Shown here: positions 26,201 through 38,472 of the stretch, piece by piece
Position numbering within the stretch: the first letter of the stretch is position 1
Layout: each line of letters starts with the position of its first letter
Assembly: GCA_021613535.1 (NCBI GenBank)
Contig: CP075496.1
Coordinates: 7,130,001-7,194,000 of the forward strand
Direction of reading: 5' to 3'
Length of the DNA: 64,000 nt
DNA from: Adineta vaga
Taxonomy: Eukaryota > Animalia > Rotifera
Notes under the pieces: generated by a model
Database searches by the model: none
The model's input: the letters and a program-made list of their open reading frames with translations, nothing else
Told to the model about the DNA's origin: nothing
Translations under genes and position numbers: made by a program

Positions 26201-29200
26201 TTGGATTCTTCACAGCATGACATTAAACGTTGAAGTAATAGTTCATATTTTGTAATACGTTGAACAGGTTTAATTAAATATGAATTGATTGTATCAATTT
26301 GATATTTATGTTGAATAGTCTACGAGAGAACAAACAGATAATAATATTAAACATTTTCGATTACATATCCAATGAATTATGTACATATCAGTACTGATCT
26401 AATAGAGATTCGACTCAAAATATCAGCTAATCTGTATCAACTTACCATTGAAATGGTAAAAGACAGATGTGTGATAGAAATACTTGTATTACCACAAGGG
26501 ACAAGTATGAACAAACGTTATAACCTATTCTCGATACTTGCCAATTCACGTATTGAAATAAATCCATCAATACTTTCTCCATATACACTTCTAACATTCA
26601 TTACAGAATAACTCAAATGAATTACACTCAATCATTCTTTTATCGATTGTTAACTTCTACTATCATGTGACATTTAATACGACGTAAATCTGTCTATGTA
26701 TCCATATGAATTTAAATCAAATATTTACCTCAAAATACGGTCCACGATATTGTGATAATAATTTAATACATGTTTCATTATTTTTACAATATTCCACATA
26801 ATAAATATGAAATTGTTTTGCCTGAAAATCATTTTTTAGCGTCATTTTTCTTTTATATAAAAAAAATAAATTTCTTACCCATGTGACAAAACAATGACCA
26901 ACATCTTCTGGACTATCAGCATATCGTTCTAAATCTTTAATAAATAAACTAAAATAACAAATAAACAATCGTATTGATTTTTTTGGATAAAATATTTAAA
27001 TTTTGTTTTTTACTTCTTATGGAAATTATGAATTTCTTCAATGTTTAAAAATAAGACTGATTCTTTATTTCGAAAGATATCGGGAACATCTTCAGGATGT
27101 TGTCGCATTTCACCAAGATAATACTATGAAGAATAATATATAAAATCTTTCATAATATTCAATAAAAGTTACCTGAATACATTTATTTAAACTATCAACA
27201 TAGGCACGTTCAGTATTGAGTAATTCATTAAAAATAAGTCTAAATACAATCAAATAGATAAGACAAAACAGGACAAGACATTTGAAAACAATTCATTTAC
27301 TCGCGTTGTTTTGCAGCTTTTCGTTTGCCTTCATTTAATTCTTGTTGTTCTAATTTTTCTTCTAAACTTGAATCACTCTTTCGACCTGCTTCTTTATCAA
27401 TTTCCTTTAAAAAAAAGACAATTTGAAATAATCTATTCAAATAGAATTATAACAAACTTCTTTATTATTAATTCTCATAATTTTCTGAAAGAAATCATTA
27501 AAACCAGAATCAAGTCGATTACATGTATCTTTAATCAATGGTGCAAATGAATGTGAACGTTCCACTAAAACATCAGCACGTTCGACTAATTTTCGTACCA
27601 TTATTTTCTTTTCCTAAATAAGAATAAAAATAATAATCATAACTGTTATTTGAAATTCATCAGAAGGATTTCTTAAGATAAATAGTACCGAAAAAAATGT
27701 CATATTTTGTAAGACTTAATTTTTACAATTGAATCCTTTGAAGTATTTGTTGTCTTTTTGAAAAAAAGACGTAGACTTATCGATTACGATGTCATTTTAC
27801 AGATTTTGTTACAAAATAGGTATTAGACGAAAGCAAACACTTCACTATTGGTTTTTGACATTTATCAAATCAGTTGATGTATCCATAAAGAATTCCAATG
27901 CATATATTTCTACTAATCATCAAATTTCTTACTCATGTCGAACAATAAAAGTAATCAAAACGATATTTTTTTGATCAAATAAGGGAAAAGAGTATATTTA
28001 TGTTAACTAAGCGGTGATGGTGTATGAATTATTCTTGCCAATGAACGGCAACTTTGACAATGCATACTGTTTTTTGTCTACTTAATAGATACAACTATCT
28101 GCAAGATACTCAAATACGTATGTAATTAACTCTATTTTAAAAAGATTGTCTCCGAAATCTTTAATCATTGTTCTCAATATAACAAAAACAAAATCGTTCA
28201 AAATCTTTGTTAAATCAACATAAAAGTTATTCAATGAATGATAAAATGTCTACGATGATATTATTGTTTCTTAAATAAATATATATACTAAAAGTCATTG
28301 ACAAACAAACCTTAAGTGCTCGAACAAAATCCATGTATCCTTCATCATTTATATCCAATTCTTCGAGTTTTGAAACGAAACATTCGTCATGTTCATCAAT
28401 CCATACAAAAACTTTGTCGGTATTTCGTTTAAATGAAATATATTGTAAATATTCATCGATAATCTTTTTTCGATGATGCCATGCATTTAAAACTGAATCT
28501 TCTTTATTTTTTAATATGGCTGAGACATCTAAATAGAAAGAAGAGATTGTTGTTTTATTTCAGATCGAGAGACAAAGAAGATTTGTTACTTACTTTTAAT
28601 TTTTTGTTCAAGTGGTTTTAAATATGTATCAGGTTTGATTAAATTAGCAGCATTTCGAAGTGCATATTTATGAAATAAATCCGATTTCTGACGTGCTACT
28701 GTACATGCCTGGAAACAAATTTTGCTGTGAACACGAAGAAAATTTTAAATTCAATACATACTCGTAAGAAACTATGTTTATTTTCATCTAATTGTTCCAA
28801 ACGATCGACTAGAATCTTTTGTACTTCATCATCTGTATAAACTTTTAATTTCTCATGAATATCTTCAAGTGTTCGATATTCACGTTCGAGCGTATCCAAC
28901 ATTTGTGAAACCTAAAATAAACAGGTGTGTATGTGTTTTTTTCGTCATAGAATCAATCGAAGATTTTCATCAACAACTTACTTGTTCTGATGATTTATAG
29001 AATATAATTTGAGCATTGATTAATCGTAAACGATCTTCAAATTGTAATTGAACTTTTTGTCGAGCAGAAATTAATGTATTGATTAATTCAGTTGGACCAG
29101 CTGGTGGATCATTAGTTGATAATAATGTACATAATTTTTCTGTTTTACGTTGAAGAGTATCAATACGTTCGCATATTCTCTATAGAATGCATATCAAATA

Positions 29201-32200
29201 TAATTTTTTTGTTTACGTAAACGTTTTTTTTTCTTTTTATCAAATATCGAATCAATTAATAGATCAGTTATATGTACACTTCTGCTGATAGATTTTTATG
29301 ATGAAGAAGCAAAAAAAAAACATGTTTGAATGAGAGAATAAAATCATCTTCGATGAATCGACATGAAGAGAGTTTATATACCATGACTCATAGGTCTCGG
29401 TTTCTATTTCGATTGATTTCTGTCACAGTTAATTGGTATATCATTCATTTTTTCATTTGATCATTAAGATCAAGGTTCGAAGAAAAAACCAAGACCACAA
29501 ATGGGACTGAATTTAGTACATTATAAGATGGAATAGAAAGGTTATTTTTCTCAATAGATTTTTTAATTTACTTTGTCAGATTATTCAGACGAAATTAGAC
29601 ATGAGTAATGGAGATAAGAAACGGTGTTTTTCTTTTGCATGGATCATTGCAATTCATGCTTTTAATTGGATTGTACTTTATTGATCGTTAAAAGAACTAC
29701 TCACGATCTCAAATAATTTTAAAGAGAAAAAGGAAATGATAGATTAACTTTTGATAAAGATTCTTTTTTTTTGTAACTTTATAGTATTCGAACGAATAAA
29801 ACAAAATCTACTCAAAAAATATTTCTTCGCTGATCGATTCATTAGTATTCATTTTCAATATTAACTTACATCAACAAATGGTTTAATATCTTCATGATCA
29901 CGATGAAATTTCTCTGCATCACTTAAACTAATAGCTAATGTTAAATTTGATGCTATTTTTACTTCAAAATTATTAGTCATATTTTTGATCTAAAAGAAGA
30001 AATTTCTGTGAAAAGATTGATCGAATGTTTTCTCTTTACTTCATTCCATTCTCGTTCCAATCTTATAAATTGTACTCGCCATAAAATGAATTTCTGTTGT
30101 TGTGTAGCAAGTTCAGATAATTTTTGTTCACGATCACTCATTACAAGAAGTAAATTACGAATTTGATCAGCAGAAGGTATCGATGATTGTTGTTGAGATT
30201 GATTTAAAGTCTCTGATGTGTCAGTACTAGACAATAATTGTGGATCATTTTTAACTTTCAATTCATTTGATCGTTCCATTAACTATAATAAAAAGATATG
30301 TTCATAGGAAATGATAATTATTCGTAATTTTGTTTGTTAGAACTTACATTGAGTATATCTCTACCACGTTGTACAACCTGTGCAACACGAGTATGAATAT
30401 GTTCTTGTACTTGAGCCCAATCATCGACTTTTCCGGTCGTTCGATCGGTACTATGATGATGCGATCGATGTCGACTTGCTGCTGTTGCTGTTGTTGTTGA
30501 TGCACCGCCATTGATGAGTGTTTGTAAAGCTAATGGTAAAGATGGTGGAATAATAACCGAACTAACAGAATTGGGAGATTGTGGCTGTTGCTGTTGCGGT
30601 TGTTGCTGCTGCATTTTGACCAATTCGTGTGACCAAACGTCGAGCAGATGCGATACCTTGCGGATAGAAAGAGAGGAAAGAAAAATGAAAAAAAAATAGA
30701 TATATATCAATGCTAAAAAAAAATGCGATTTTTATTATTATCATCGATGTACAAGCATTGCGTACAGGAAAAGAACAAGCAAGGTGAATTGAATGTATGT
30801 ATATGTGTGAATGTACACGGTATGCAACTCACGTGGACATACAGAAGCAATCGTATTCGCTCGTTTCTCTCTTTCCCTTCTCTTTTTCTCTTCCGTATCT
30901 CAAAATTGGAATATATGTATATAGCAAACATCGTATATTTCGGGTTTTTCTCAGTCAATTCTGTTGTTTTTGCGAATGACGATTAGTGACAAGTACTAAC
31001 GTAATGCATACAATAACTCCATTTATCACTCGACTCTTTTGTATCTGACAACTGTCTGTCTGTTTTTTACCGAGTTAACAACTTGCCAAATTGATGATGA
31101 TGATACTTGCTTTTTTTCTCTCCTCGTTATCGACTATACTTTCTCCGTGTTTCTTTTACATATCCAGTTGACATTGCCTATGGTTTGGTAATGAATACTA
31201 TGAATTATTGTGATTATTTTTTTTTGTTCACATCCTTCTATCAAACTTGAATTATTAATTAGAAAGAAACTTCAAGATCTTTTTTGAAAACTGAATAGAA
31301 ATGAGATTAGACAGACTGACAGAAAGAAAAAACACACGAAGAATCATTTTGATATAAATAGAAGCAACTCTTTCATTTTATCACTGTCAGAAGATCTGTC
31401 GCATGTGTCGGGAATTTAGTAATTTAGATGAGAATAACAGAAAGAATATTATCGAACTGAATTCACGTGTCTATAAAAGTTGAAATTAGCAAAAATAGAT
31501 TTCTAGTCATTTATTCTAAATAATTTATTAAAATGTCAGTCGACTACCCTTGAATATCGTCATTTTGTCCTCTGTCTGAATTTCATCTATACATGCTTCA
31601 TTAATCTATTAACCTGACAGAATCCGACGTGATTAATGACATTAATTAAAACGTAATATTTACGTCAACTTACGTCGCGTGAATAGATTTCAAAATGTTT
31701 GATTTGTACACATAATTCGACACGTAAACGACGTTTTTCCCAAATCACTTCAAGTTCACTTGTTTTCTTTCGAATAGATTCGATTAAACTCAACAGATGA
31801 GTATATTGTGGTGATGGTATGGTATCGTCTGGTGTGATCATAGTTTGAACTTCACTGAAAAAGCAAAAGAACAAAAATCATATTTGTAATTTTTCTCGAT
31901 TTACAAATGAATATTATCAATCTATTTGACATTATTTTGAATTTCATATTCATTATATAAACAAAAAACGACACTTCTGTTCACTTAACTTACGTTAGAT
32001 AATCTAATAGAATTTGTCCTTCTTGTTCAATTGTTGCACATGCTTCCATTGCACCTTCATGTTGTTCTATTAAAGCCTCAAGCATTTCTTCACAATTGGC
32101 AGCAATAGTTTCATTGTCATCATCATCTCCAGCTGTTGTTGACCAAACAAGTTCAACTTGTGTTAACCAATCTGAATACTAATGAAACAAAATCCAAACT

Positions 32201-35200
32201 AGATTTTTCTTCAATTCGAATTTTTCTAACAAACCTCTTCACAATGAGTATGAAAATTTAAATTAACATCGAGAATATATCGACGACGAGCAACCCGTTC
32301 ATCGAATTCACGCATACGACGTTCGAGATCATGTGCTAATTGATAAATTTTTGTTCGACCTTGGTTTAATTGTTTATCAGCATTGTTTTCTTCACTGTTA
32401 GAATTCGTATTAATATTCATTTGTTGAGATTGTTTTTGTTGTTGAATTTGTTCATTGTACATGTTATCAGCAGCAGCAATCAAATTTTCTGCATTAGTTT
32501 TCGTATTCTACGAAGGAAAGCAAAAAAAACTATCGAAAACAATTAATTGAGAAAGATGATTTACTTTTATAGCCATTTCAAAATCAGTATGCATTTTATC
32601 AAGTTTTTTCGCTTGTCGAAATGATTTACCAATACCAACAGCTAAATTTTTCTGTAGAAATGCATCACCATGTTTTTCAATCCAATCGAGAATCTAGAGA
32701 ATGTATTCAAAAGAAACAAAAAGGAAGATTTCGTGAAAATACTTGTTGAACATCGTTTGCAAATGCAACAAAACTAAGTCGTTGTTGAAGAAATACTTTT
32801 CGTTGATTCCATTTAGCATCAAGATAACGATGATTAACCAAAATCTATTCGAATAGATAGGAATTTAGTGAATATTGGAAAAAAAAGTGTTTATTTACTT
32901 CTTGAACGATTTCAAGTATATGTTTAGCACCGGCACGAAAATCAAATTGATAATCAGTTGTATTTTGTTGTGATGGAGCAACAGAATCAATGATTGCTTT
33001 ACCATCATTACAAATCTATATCAGAAAAACAATGTATGATGCTAATTTTCATTACACATAAAGTCGAGAAATGAGCACGTCATTAAAATGAAAGTAAAGA
33101 ACATCTTTTACAAATACATTGTCGGTATAGATTCTATCAAATTGATTTTGGGAAGTATAAGAAATCTTTTCTGTTTGATTATAATCAAAATTCTCAAAAA
33201 ATTAATTATAAATAGTCGTTAACTGTCCAAAGTAGCCAATCAAATAGTACCTGAGCATATATCCTTGAAATATTTTCCGATAAGTTAAAGTGCTGTTGAA
33301 GTAAACGTTCAAGATGTTCCATACTTTCGATTGCTGTTAAATCGTCTGTCAACGAACAAAGATGTTTCCATGTAGGTACTTGCACCAAATACTAGAAATG
33401 GGTAAGTAAATATTAAGTTTCTCAAAGAAAAAGAAGACAAATAAAGTGTTTACTTCATCCGCTTTTTGATGAAATTGAAGTGAGGCAGTAAGAATATTGG
33501 TTCGATTATCTAGCAGTCGTGTTAAAGATAACCATTCATCATTTAAACGATTCATTTGAGTTTTAATCGCATTTGTAGCATAATGTCCACTTGATATAAG
33601 TCGATCACCAACATTTTGTGTTCGACGAATAACAGTTTCATTCCCCTTCAATGATGTGCATACATACAAAATCAACAAAATAATTATTATATTTACCAAA
33701 CACACTTTCGCGAATTGTTCATGTTCAGCTAATAATTGCATAGCTTCCGAACAACTCGAACCAATTTCAGTATATTTCGGACTAAGTATTGAACGACTAT
33801 TTTCGATCCATGAACATAACTAAAGAAATAGAAATATGATTCTCGATCAAGTCTATTTGATTGCTCATATCTTCTAAACTTACTCGGTCGCAATCTTGTT
33901 CAAATAATTTTAATTGTAAATTCTGTTCCAAACGATTCTTCTTCTGATGCCATAATTGAAAACATCGTTCTTTCGCTGAACGAAGATTATCCATCACCTA
34001 AAACAACCAATATTTCATCACTATCTACTTTGTATTAGAATTATCTTACTAGAGAAATTTTTCTTGCTTCATCAAAATAATCTAATGGGTAAGTTCGTTG
34101 TTGTTGAGATTTCATCGTAGAATTGTCATTATCTAAATTTCCTCTAAGCATATTTAATAGATGCTGTCCATCATTGATTAAAGGTTCAATGATAACACGA
34201 GATAATTGATCTTTAAAAACTGTCATATGTGTTTCAATCGCTTCTTGTGCTCGTGCAACATTATTCGATTGATCAATCTGTTGAAGTTCATTGTAAAGTA
34301 ATTCGTAAGCATGTAATGTTTCTTTGGAATTATAGACAAATGTTTCCAATTTCTACATTGAAATAAACAAAGGAAAACAGGTTCGATTTGAAGAAATTAA
34401 GATATTTGTTTTTTGTTACAACATACCAAACGAAAATCTAACCATCGATGATGATTGTATTGGAATGTTCCATTTAAATCTGGTGTTAATTGATTACGAT
34501 CAATCGCCTGAGATAAACTCTCAACCGATTCGACGGAATGCTTAAAAACAAAAGAAAATATTCAAGAAACAGTTTTCTAAAACAAACAAACAATTCATTT
34601 ACATCAAATGTATATTTAGACATTCCAAGAGAGATTTTATGTTTATCCCAAAATCCATCTGGTTTAACAATATATACATGTTCGATTTTATATGGAAATT
34701 GTTCCTAAATATATATTCAATTAAATTATTCATTCATATAAAAACTAACTAGAACGAACTTGTAGAACTTTGAAAATATGTTTACAATTTTCCCATGTTC
34801 GTTGACGCATATCAACAATAAATGTAAATCTTGGATCACCATTCGATGAGCTAGATGACACAGAATTTTTCGAAATTATACAAGAAAAGAAACTTCTTAA
34901 TCTATTTTTACTTTATCGATGCTAAATAGATAATCAATTTTTTCAATTCTTCAGCTGATAATTTTTCAATCGTTGTTGAATTTGGAAATGTAATGATTAA
35001 ATAACCTTTCTTATCAATAGCTCCTAAAAAAACAGGAAAAAGAAATCTCTTTGAATCAAGAAAAAGAAGTCAATAGACAGACGACTACATACCACTGAGA
35101 AATGCATATTTCTCTTCAAGATAAGATTTGATTTCCGCAGCTTTCATTTTTTTGACTTCAATACTTATCGAAATACACAAAGACACATTATGAATTAATT

Positions 35201-35261
35201 GAACATATTGAACAGATAGCTTCGATTCGATGCCATTGTTAATATCTTACGAGCGCCACAT
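8293..35261 (-). CDS. trio: Trio/Kalirin/UNC-73 family RhoGEF: Sec14 - spectrin repeats - DH1/PH1 - SH3 - DH2/PH2 - SH3 - Ig - Ser/Thr kinase
   Basis: Sec14 start [19 protein letters not shown] at 35147, probably preceded by a micro-exon MWRS at 35261. Spectrin exons ~27500-34350; DH1 ([26 protein letters not shown]) ~26100-27240; SH3 at 18650-19010; DH2 ([25 protein letters not shown]) 12600-14230; second SH3 10800-10990; Ig 9530-9890; kinase (AVK, HLDIQPEN, DFG, APE) 8293-9470. The exact start is less certain than the identity. Confidence 0.92.
11560..11656 (-). CDS. trio: Alternative terminal exon of trio (isoform ending after PH2)
   Basis: Acceptor ctag at 11660-11657 is phase 2, matching the upstream donor at ~12027. 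Reads [32 protein letters not shown]. The competing phase-2 acceptor at ~11362 leads on to SH3/Ig/kinase. Confidence 0.6.
16961..17032 (-). CDS. trio: Putative alternative first exon of trio ([24 protein letters not shown])
   Basis: ATG-initiated, 24 codons, ends at consensus gtaagt donor in phase 0, matching the phase-0 acceptor at 16530. Confidence 0.55.
17748..17775. repeat. (TTA)n microsatellite in a trio intron
   Basis: tattattattattattattattattatt. Confidence 0.9.
19192..19224 (-). CDS. trio: Putative alternative first exon of trio ([11 protein letters not shown])
   Basis: ATG-initiated, 11 codons, donor gtaatt in phase 0, compatible with the SH3 exon acceptor at 19010. Confidence 0.45.
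20016..20038. repeat. (AT)n microsatellite
   Basis: atatatatatatatatatatat run in a trio intron. Confidence 0.9.
21886..22686 (-). CDS. trio: Putative large alternative first exon of trio (267 aa, Ser/Pro/Arg-rich)
   Basis: Long intronic ORF on the trio strand ending RRLSE|gtgggt, a phase-0 donor compatible with the SH3 exon at 19010. Confidence 0.65.
23560..24174 (-). CDS. trio: Putative large alternative first exon of trio (205 aa)
   Basis: Long intronic [16 protein letters not shown]...GQTRK|gtgaga, a phase-0 donor compatible with the SH3 exon at 19010. Confidence 0.62.
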
Positions 35262-35556
35262 GCTTCCCGAAATGAAAATCGAATCTAGCGAACTCTTTTA
35301 ATCGGTGAATTATTGAACAGCCAACGAGATGTATGCATATGTATATGCTGTTGTGTTGTACTATTGTCTCGAGTTAAAGAAAGAGAAAGATGAGTTTCCT
35401 TCTCATCATTTCGAACATGTCTGTTGTCAATCAACAGAAGAGAAAAGAAAACGTTCTGATTATCATTTGATGATGTTATGTTAACTTTAGATGTCAAAAT
35501 AGTTTTATTGATGAAAGATGATCATCGAACAAAAAGAGAAAAAGGTTTTTTTTTCT

Positions 35557-37054
35557 TCATTCATATGTTCCAGAAGTTAGAGCACTTTCCATACTTCCTG
35601 CACTTCTTCGATTATTTGACATGGTTTTATTCTTTTTAAAAAAATAAAATATGACGAATGTAATAATCGATAGAAAGATAATTCCAGCAATGATTAGAGA
35701 GCCAATAAAGAGAATACTTTTCCAATTGATACTTGACTTTTCATCTTCTATAAAATCAAAAAGAAAGAAATAGATAATTGAACACAATTAATACGCATAC
35801 CATTCGATGAAAGTGCTTGAGGATTATTATAATCATTATAATTATCAATGATACCTAAATCGAAAAGATAATGATATTCTATTCTTAAATTTACTCTACC
35901 AACTTGTTTGTAAATTTGGATTTTGATTAGTATTTCCACCACTACTTACACCTAAATAAAAATCAACAAAGTTAGAAGTCGTACAATGAAAAGAGTAAGT
36001 TACTTGTGCATACCAAATACAGAACTTATAGCATTTGAAACTTGACCAACAGCATTAATTCCATTGACAGCAACATTCGCAGCATTATTGATGATAGCAT
36101 TAGGATTTCTTTTCGTTGTTACTTTAGTCACTCTCTTTGTTGTACGAGTAGTTTTAGGAGGTATTCGAAGAAGAGATTTCTCAAGCAATCGATTATTTGT
36201 TTTTGTTAAATTTCGAATTTTCCTCTCTTCACTTCCTTCTAAAACAAATCGTTTTCGACTTGGTACTAAATACAAGAATTAATTTCAACGTATTCTATTT
36301 TGCTTATTCAAGTCAAATCAACCTTCACATATATAATGTGCTTGTTTGAAACATAGTACAGATTGTAAACAGATCGTTTCTGTAATACTATTCAATCGTA
36401 TTTGTACACAATCTTTAGAATGATGTTTTTCCGTCTTATCACACCACATATCTGTTTCTGTCCATTCTAGAATGGATAAAAATGTATATAATGTAATGTA
36501 TTTCGTTTCCCAGAGGAAATTAATGTAATCATGCACAGAACTATGATTTACCATTATCAATCTGAATCCATATACCTTGATGAAAATTAACAGTAACAGT
36601 CAAAGAATCATCATCTCCATTTAATACATATTCAATTTGACGTTGTAATGCAATGAATTCCGCTAGAGTACTGATTAGGAAAGGTTGCGCAATCAATGAT
36701 CGACACGTTCTTTTCACTTCATTCCATGTTAGAATTGAAGAAGAATTTCTTGGAAATAGAAGACATTTATTTTGACTTAATTGTCTCCAATTAACTGGAC
36801 AATTCGAACACATTTGAGTATCATTATGCCAATAATATGGTTCAGGGCATGTGCAAATATTTCTATCTATATTGCAAAGAAGTCCATGATTACAATCATG
36901 ATTTGTTAAACATTTTTTATCATTTGTTTGTGAAACTATCTTAACATTGATATGCATATATATCTCAAATGTAAATGTTTATCGGTATGAAATATTTACC
37001 GGAGAAAGAGAGAATTGAAATGGTGGATAGAAATAAAAGTGAAGACATGAACAT
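35557..37054 (-). CDS. Type I membrane protein: signal peptide, EGF/EB-like Cys module, C-type lectin-like domain, Thr/Asn-rich stalk, TM helix
   Basis: Signal exon MFMSSLLFLSTISILSFS (37054); CLTNHDCNHGLLC..CTCPEPYYW; CPVNW..KC..TWNEVKRTC..WI..DCV..C..YICE (CTLD pattern); TM SILFIGSLIIAGIIFLSIITFVIFYFF followed by KK. Confidence 0.75.
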
Positions 37055-37629
37055 AGTTATAAAAGTTTATTATAATTGAAGATAAGTAGGAATAATCACG
37101 ATAATTGAGTAAATCATTTAGCAATTATAAACTAAATTTAATCAGAACTAATTTGGTTTCCTAGGAAGCATTAGTAAATTGAAATATAGAATGCATAGCA
37201 ATGTTTTCTGATTGATCATTACTGTATGAAAGATCTTTGTTCGTATTTTTAGAAGCTTTAGTATAATTTATTCGACACTATATTTATCGAAAACAAACTT
37301 CTTGCATTATAATTCTTGTTTATTTCGTCCAAGAATATCCTTCTTATTTTATTTGATTGACACAGATAACGACTGTTGTTGAAATATATAGATAAAAGTA
37401 ACAGACGATTATCTATTAGATTATATATATATATATATAAACATTAGAAATATCTAAATACCTAATCAACTATTCTATGCAATAGTATATAATGATCATG
37501 GATATGTACAAAAATTTTGTAAGTATAAATCGAAGATACGATAGTAAAGAAATGAGTATTGTCTTTATTTAGTTGATTTATTTTATGATATATGTATCAA
37601 ATGAGAATATTTATATTAAAAGTAGTCCA

Positions 37630-38352
37630 ATGGATACAACAACTTCAATTGATATTGTGACGATATCTTCGGATGAAAGGACTGAATCTCCAAAACAATT
37701 GAAGAATTCATCAGATGTTTTTGAAAATGAAAAGAGAATCATGGAAAAATATTTGAAAAATTCCGATGTAATTCAATTTAATGTTGGTGGTGAAATTATG
37801 TACACGAGTCGTGCTAGTCTTCTACATGCAGCTAATTCAACGATGACAAAAATGCTTTTGAATCAATCTGAACAGAAAGTCAGTATGGATAAGGATGGAA
37901 ATGTTTTTCTTGATTTCAATCCGAAACTCTTTCGTCATTTACTCGAACAATTACGATTATTTGAAGAAAATGAATATATTATTTTCTATCCTCCATCAAC
38001 CCCAGTATTAACTGTTCCATTCAATCTTATGCTTAGAAAACTTGGTCTTAAATCAGCACCGATATCAGATGATGATATCTTTACTTTCAACGTTGGCGAT
38101 GAAATTATTGCGACAAAACGTAAAACAATTAATCGTATATCCAATTCGAAATTATCGAAACTTCTTCTAATGAATAAACCATCGGATATGGATCAAAATG
38201 GAAGACCATTTCTTGATTATGATGCAAAATTATTTCGTCATTTACTTTCACAAATACAAACTGGACAAACAAAGAATTTCGAAGCACCATCCATTGAATC
38301 AAAAACAGCATTCAATGCTATGCTACAAGATTTAGGTCTTATCTCGAAATAA
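37630..38352 (+). CDS. Tandem BTB/POZ (T1/KCTD-type) domain protein
   Basis: Two repeats: IQFNVGGEIMYTSRASL...DKDGNVFLDFNPKLFRHLL and FTFNVGDEIIATKRKTI...DQNGRPFLDYDAKLFRHLL. The start is uncertain; a small upstream exon is possible near 37492-37518. Confidence 0.82.
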   Translation: MDTTTSIDIVTISSDERTESPKQLKNSSDVFENEKRIMEKYLKNSDVIQFNVGGEIMYTSRASLLHAANSTMTKMLLNQSEQKVSMDKDGNVFLDFNPKLFRHLLEQLRLFEENEYIIFYPPSTPVLTVPFNLMLRKLGLKSAPISDDDIFTFNVGDEIIATKRKTINRISNSKLSKLLLMNKPSDMDQNGRPFLDYDAKLFRHLLSQIQTGQTKNFEAPSIESKTAFNAMLQDLGLISK

Positions 38353-38472
38353 ATCGTAATTCTAATTGATGCATGTATGATATTCAACTTCTTTTTCTTT
38401 TAGTTGATATTTTAAGTAAATATAAAACAGAAAATGAATGATATTTCGAATAATTTTATTTGTAACTTTCTA

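Noticed and set aside
27789-28260. Possible decayed gene inside a trio intron
   Set aside because: Only fragmentary open stretches; no family can be assigned without a search.
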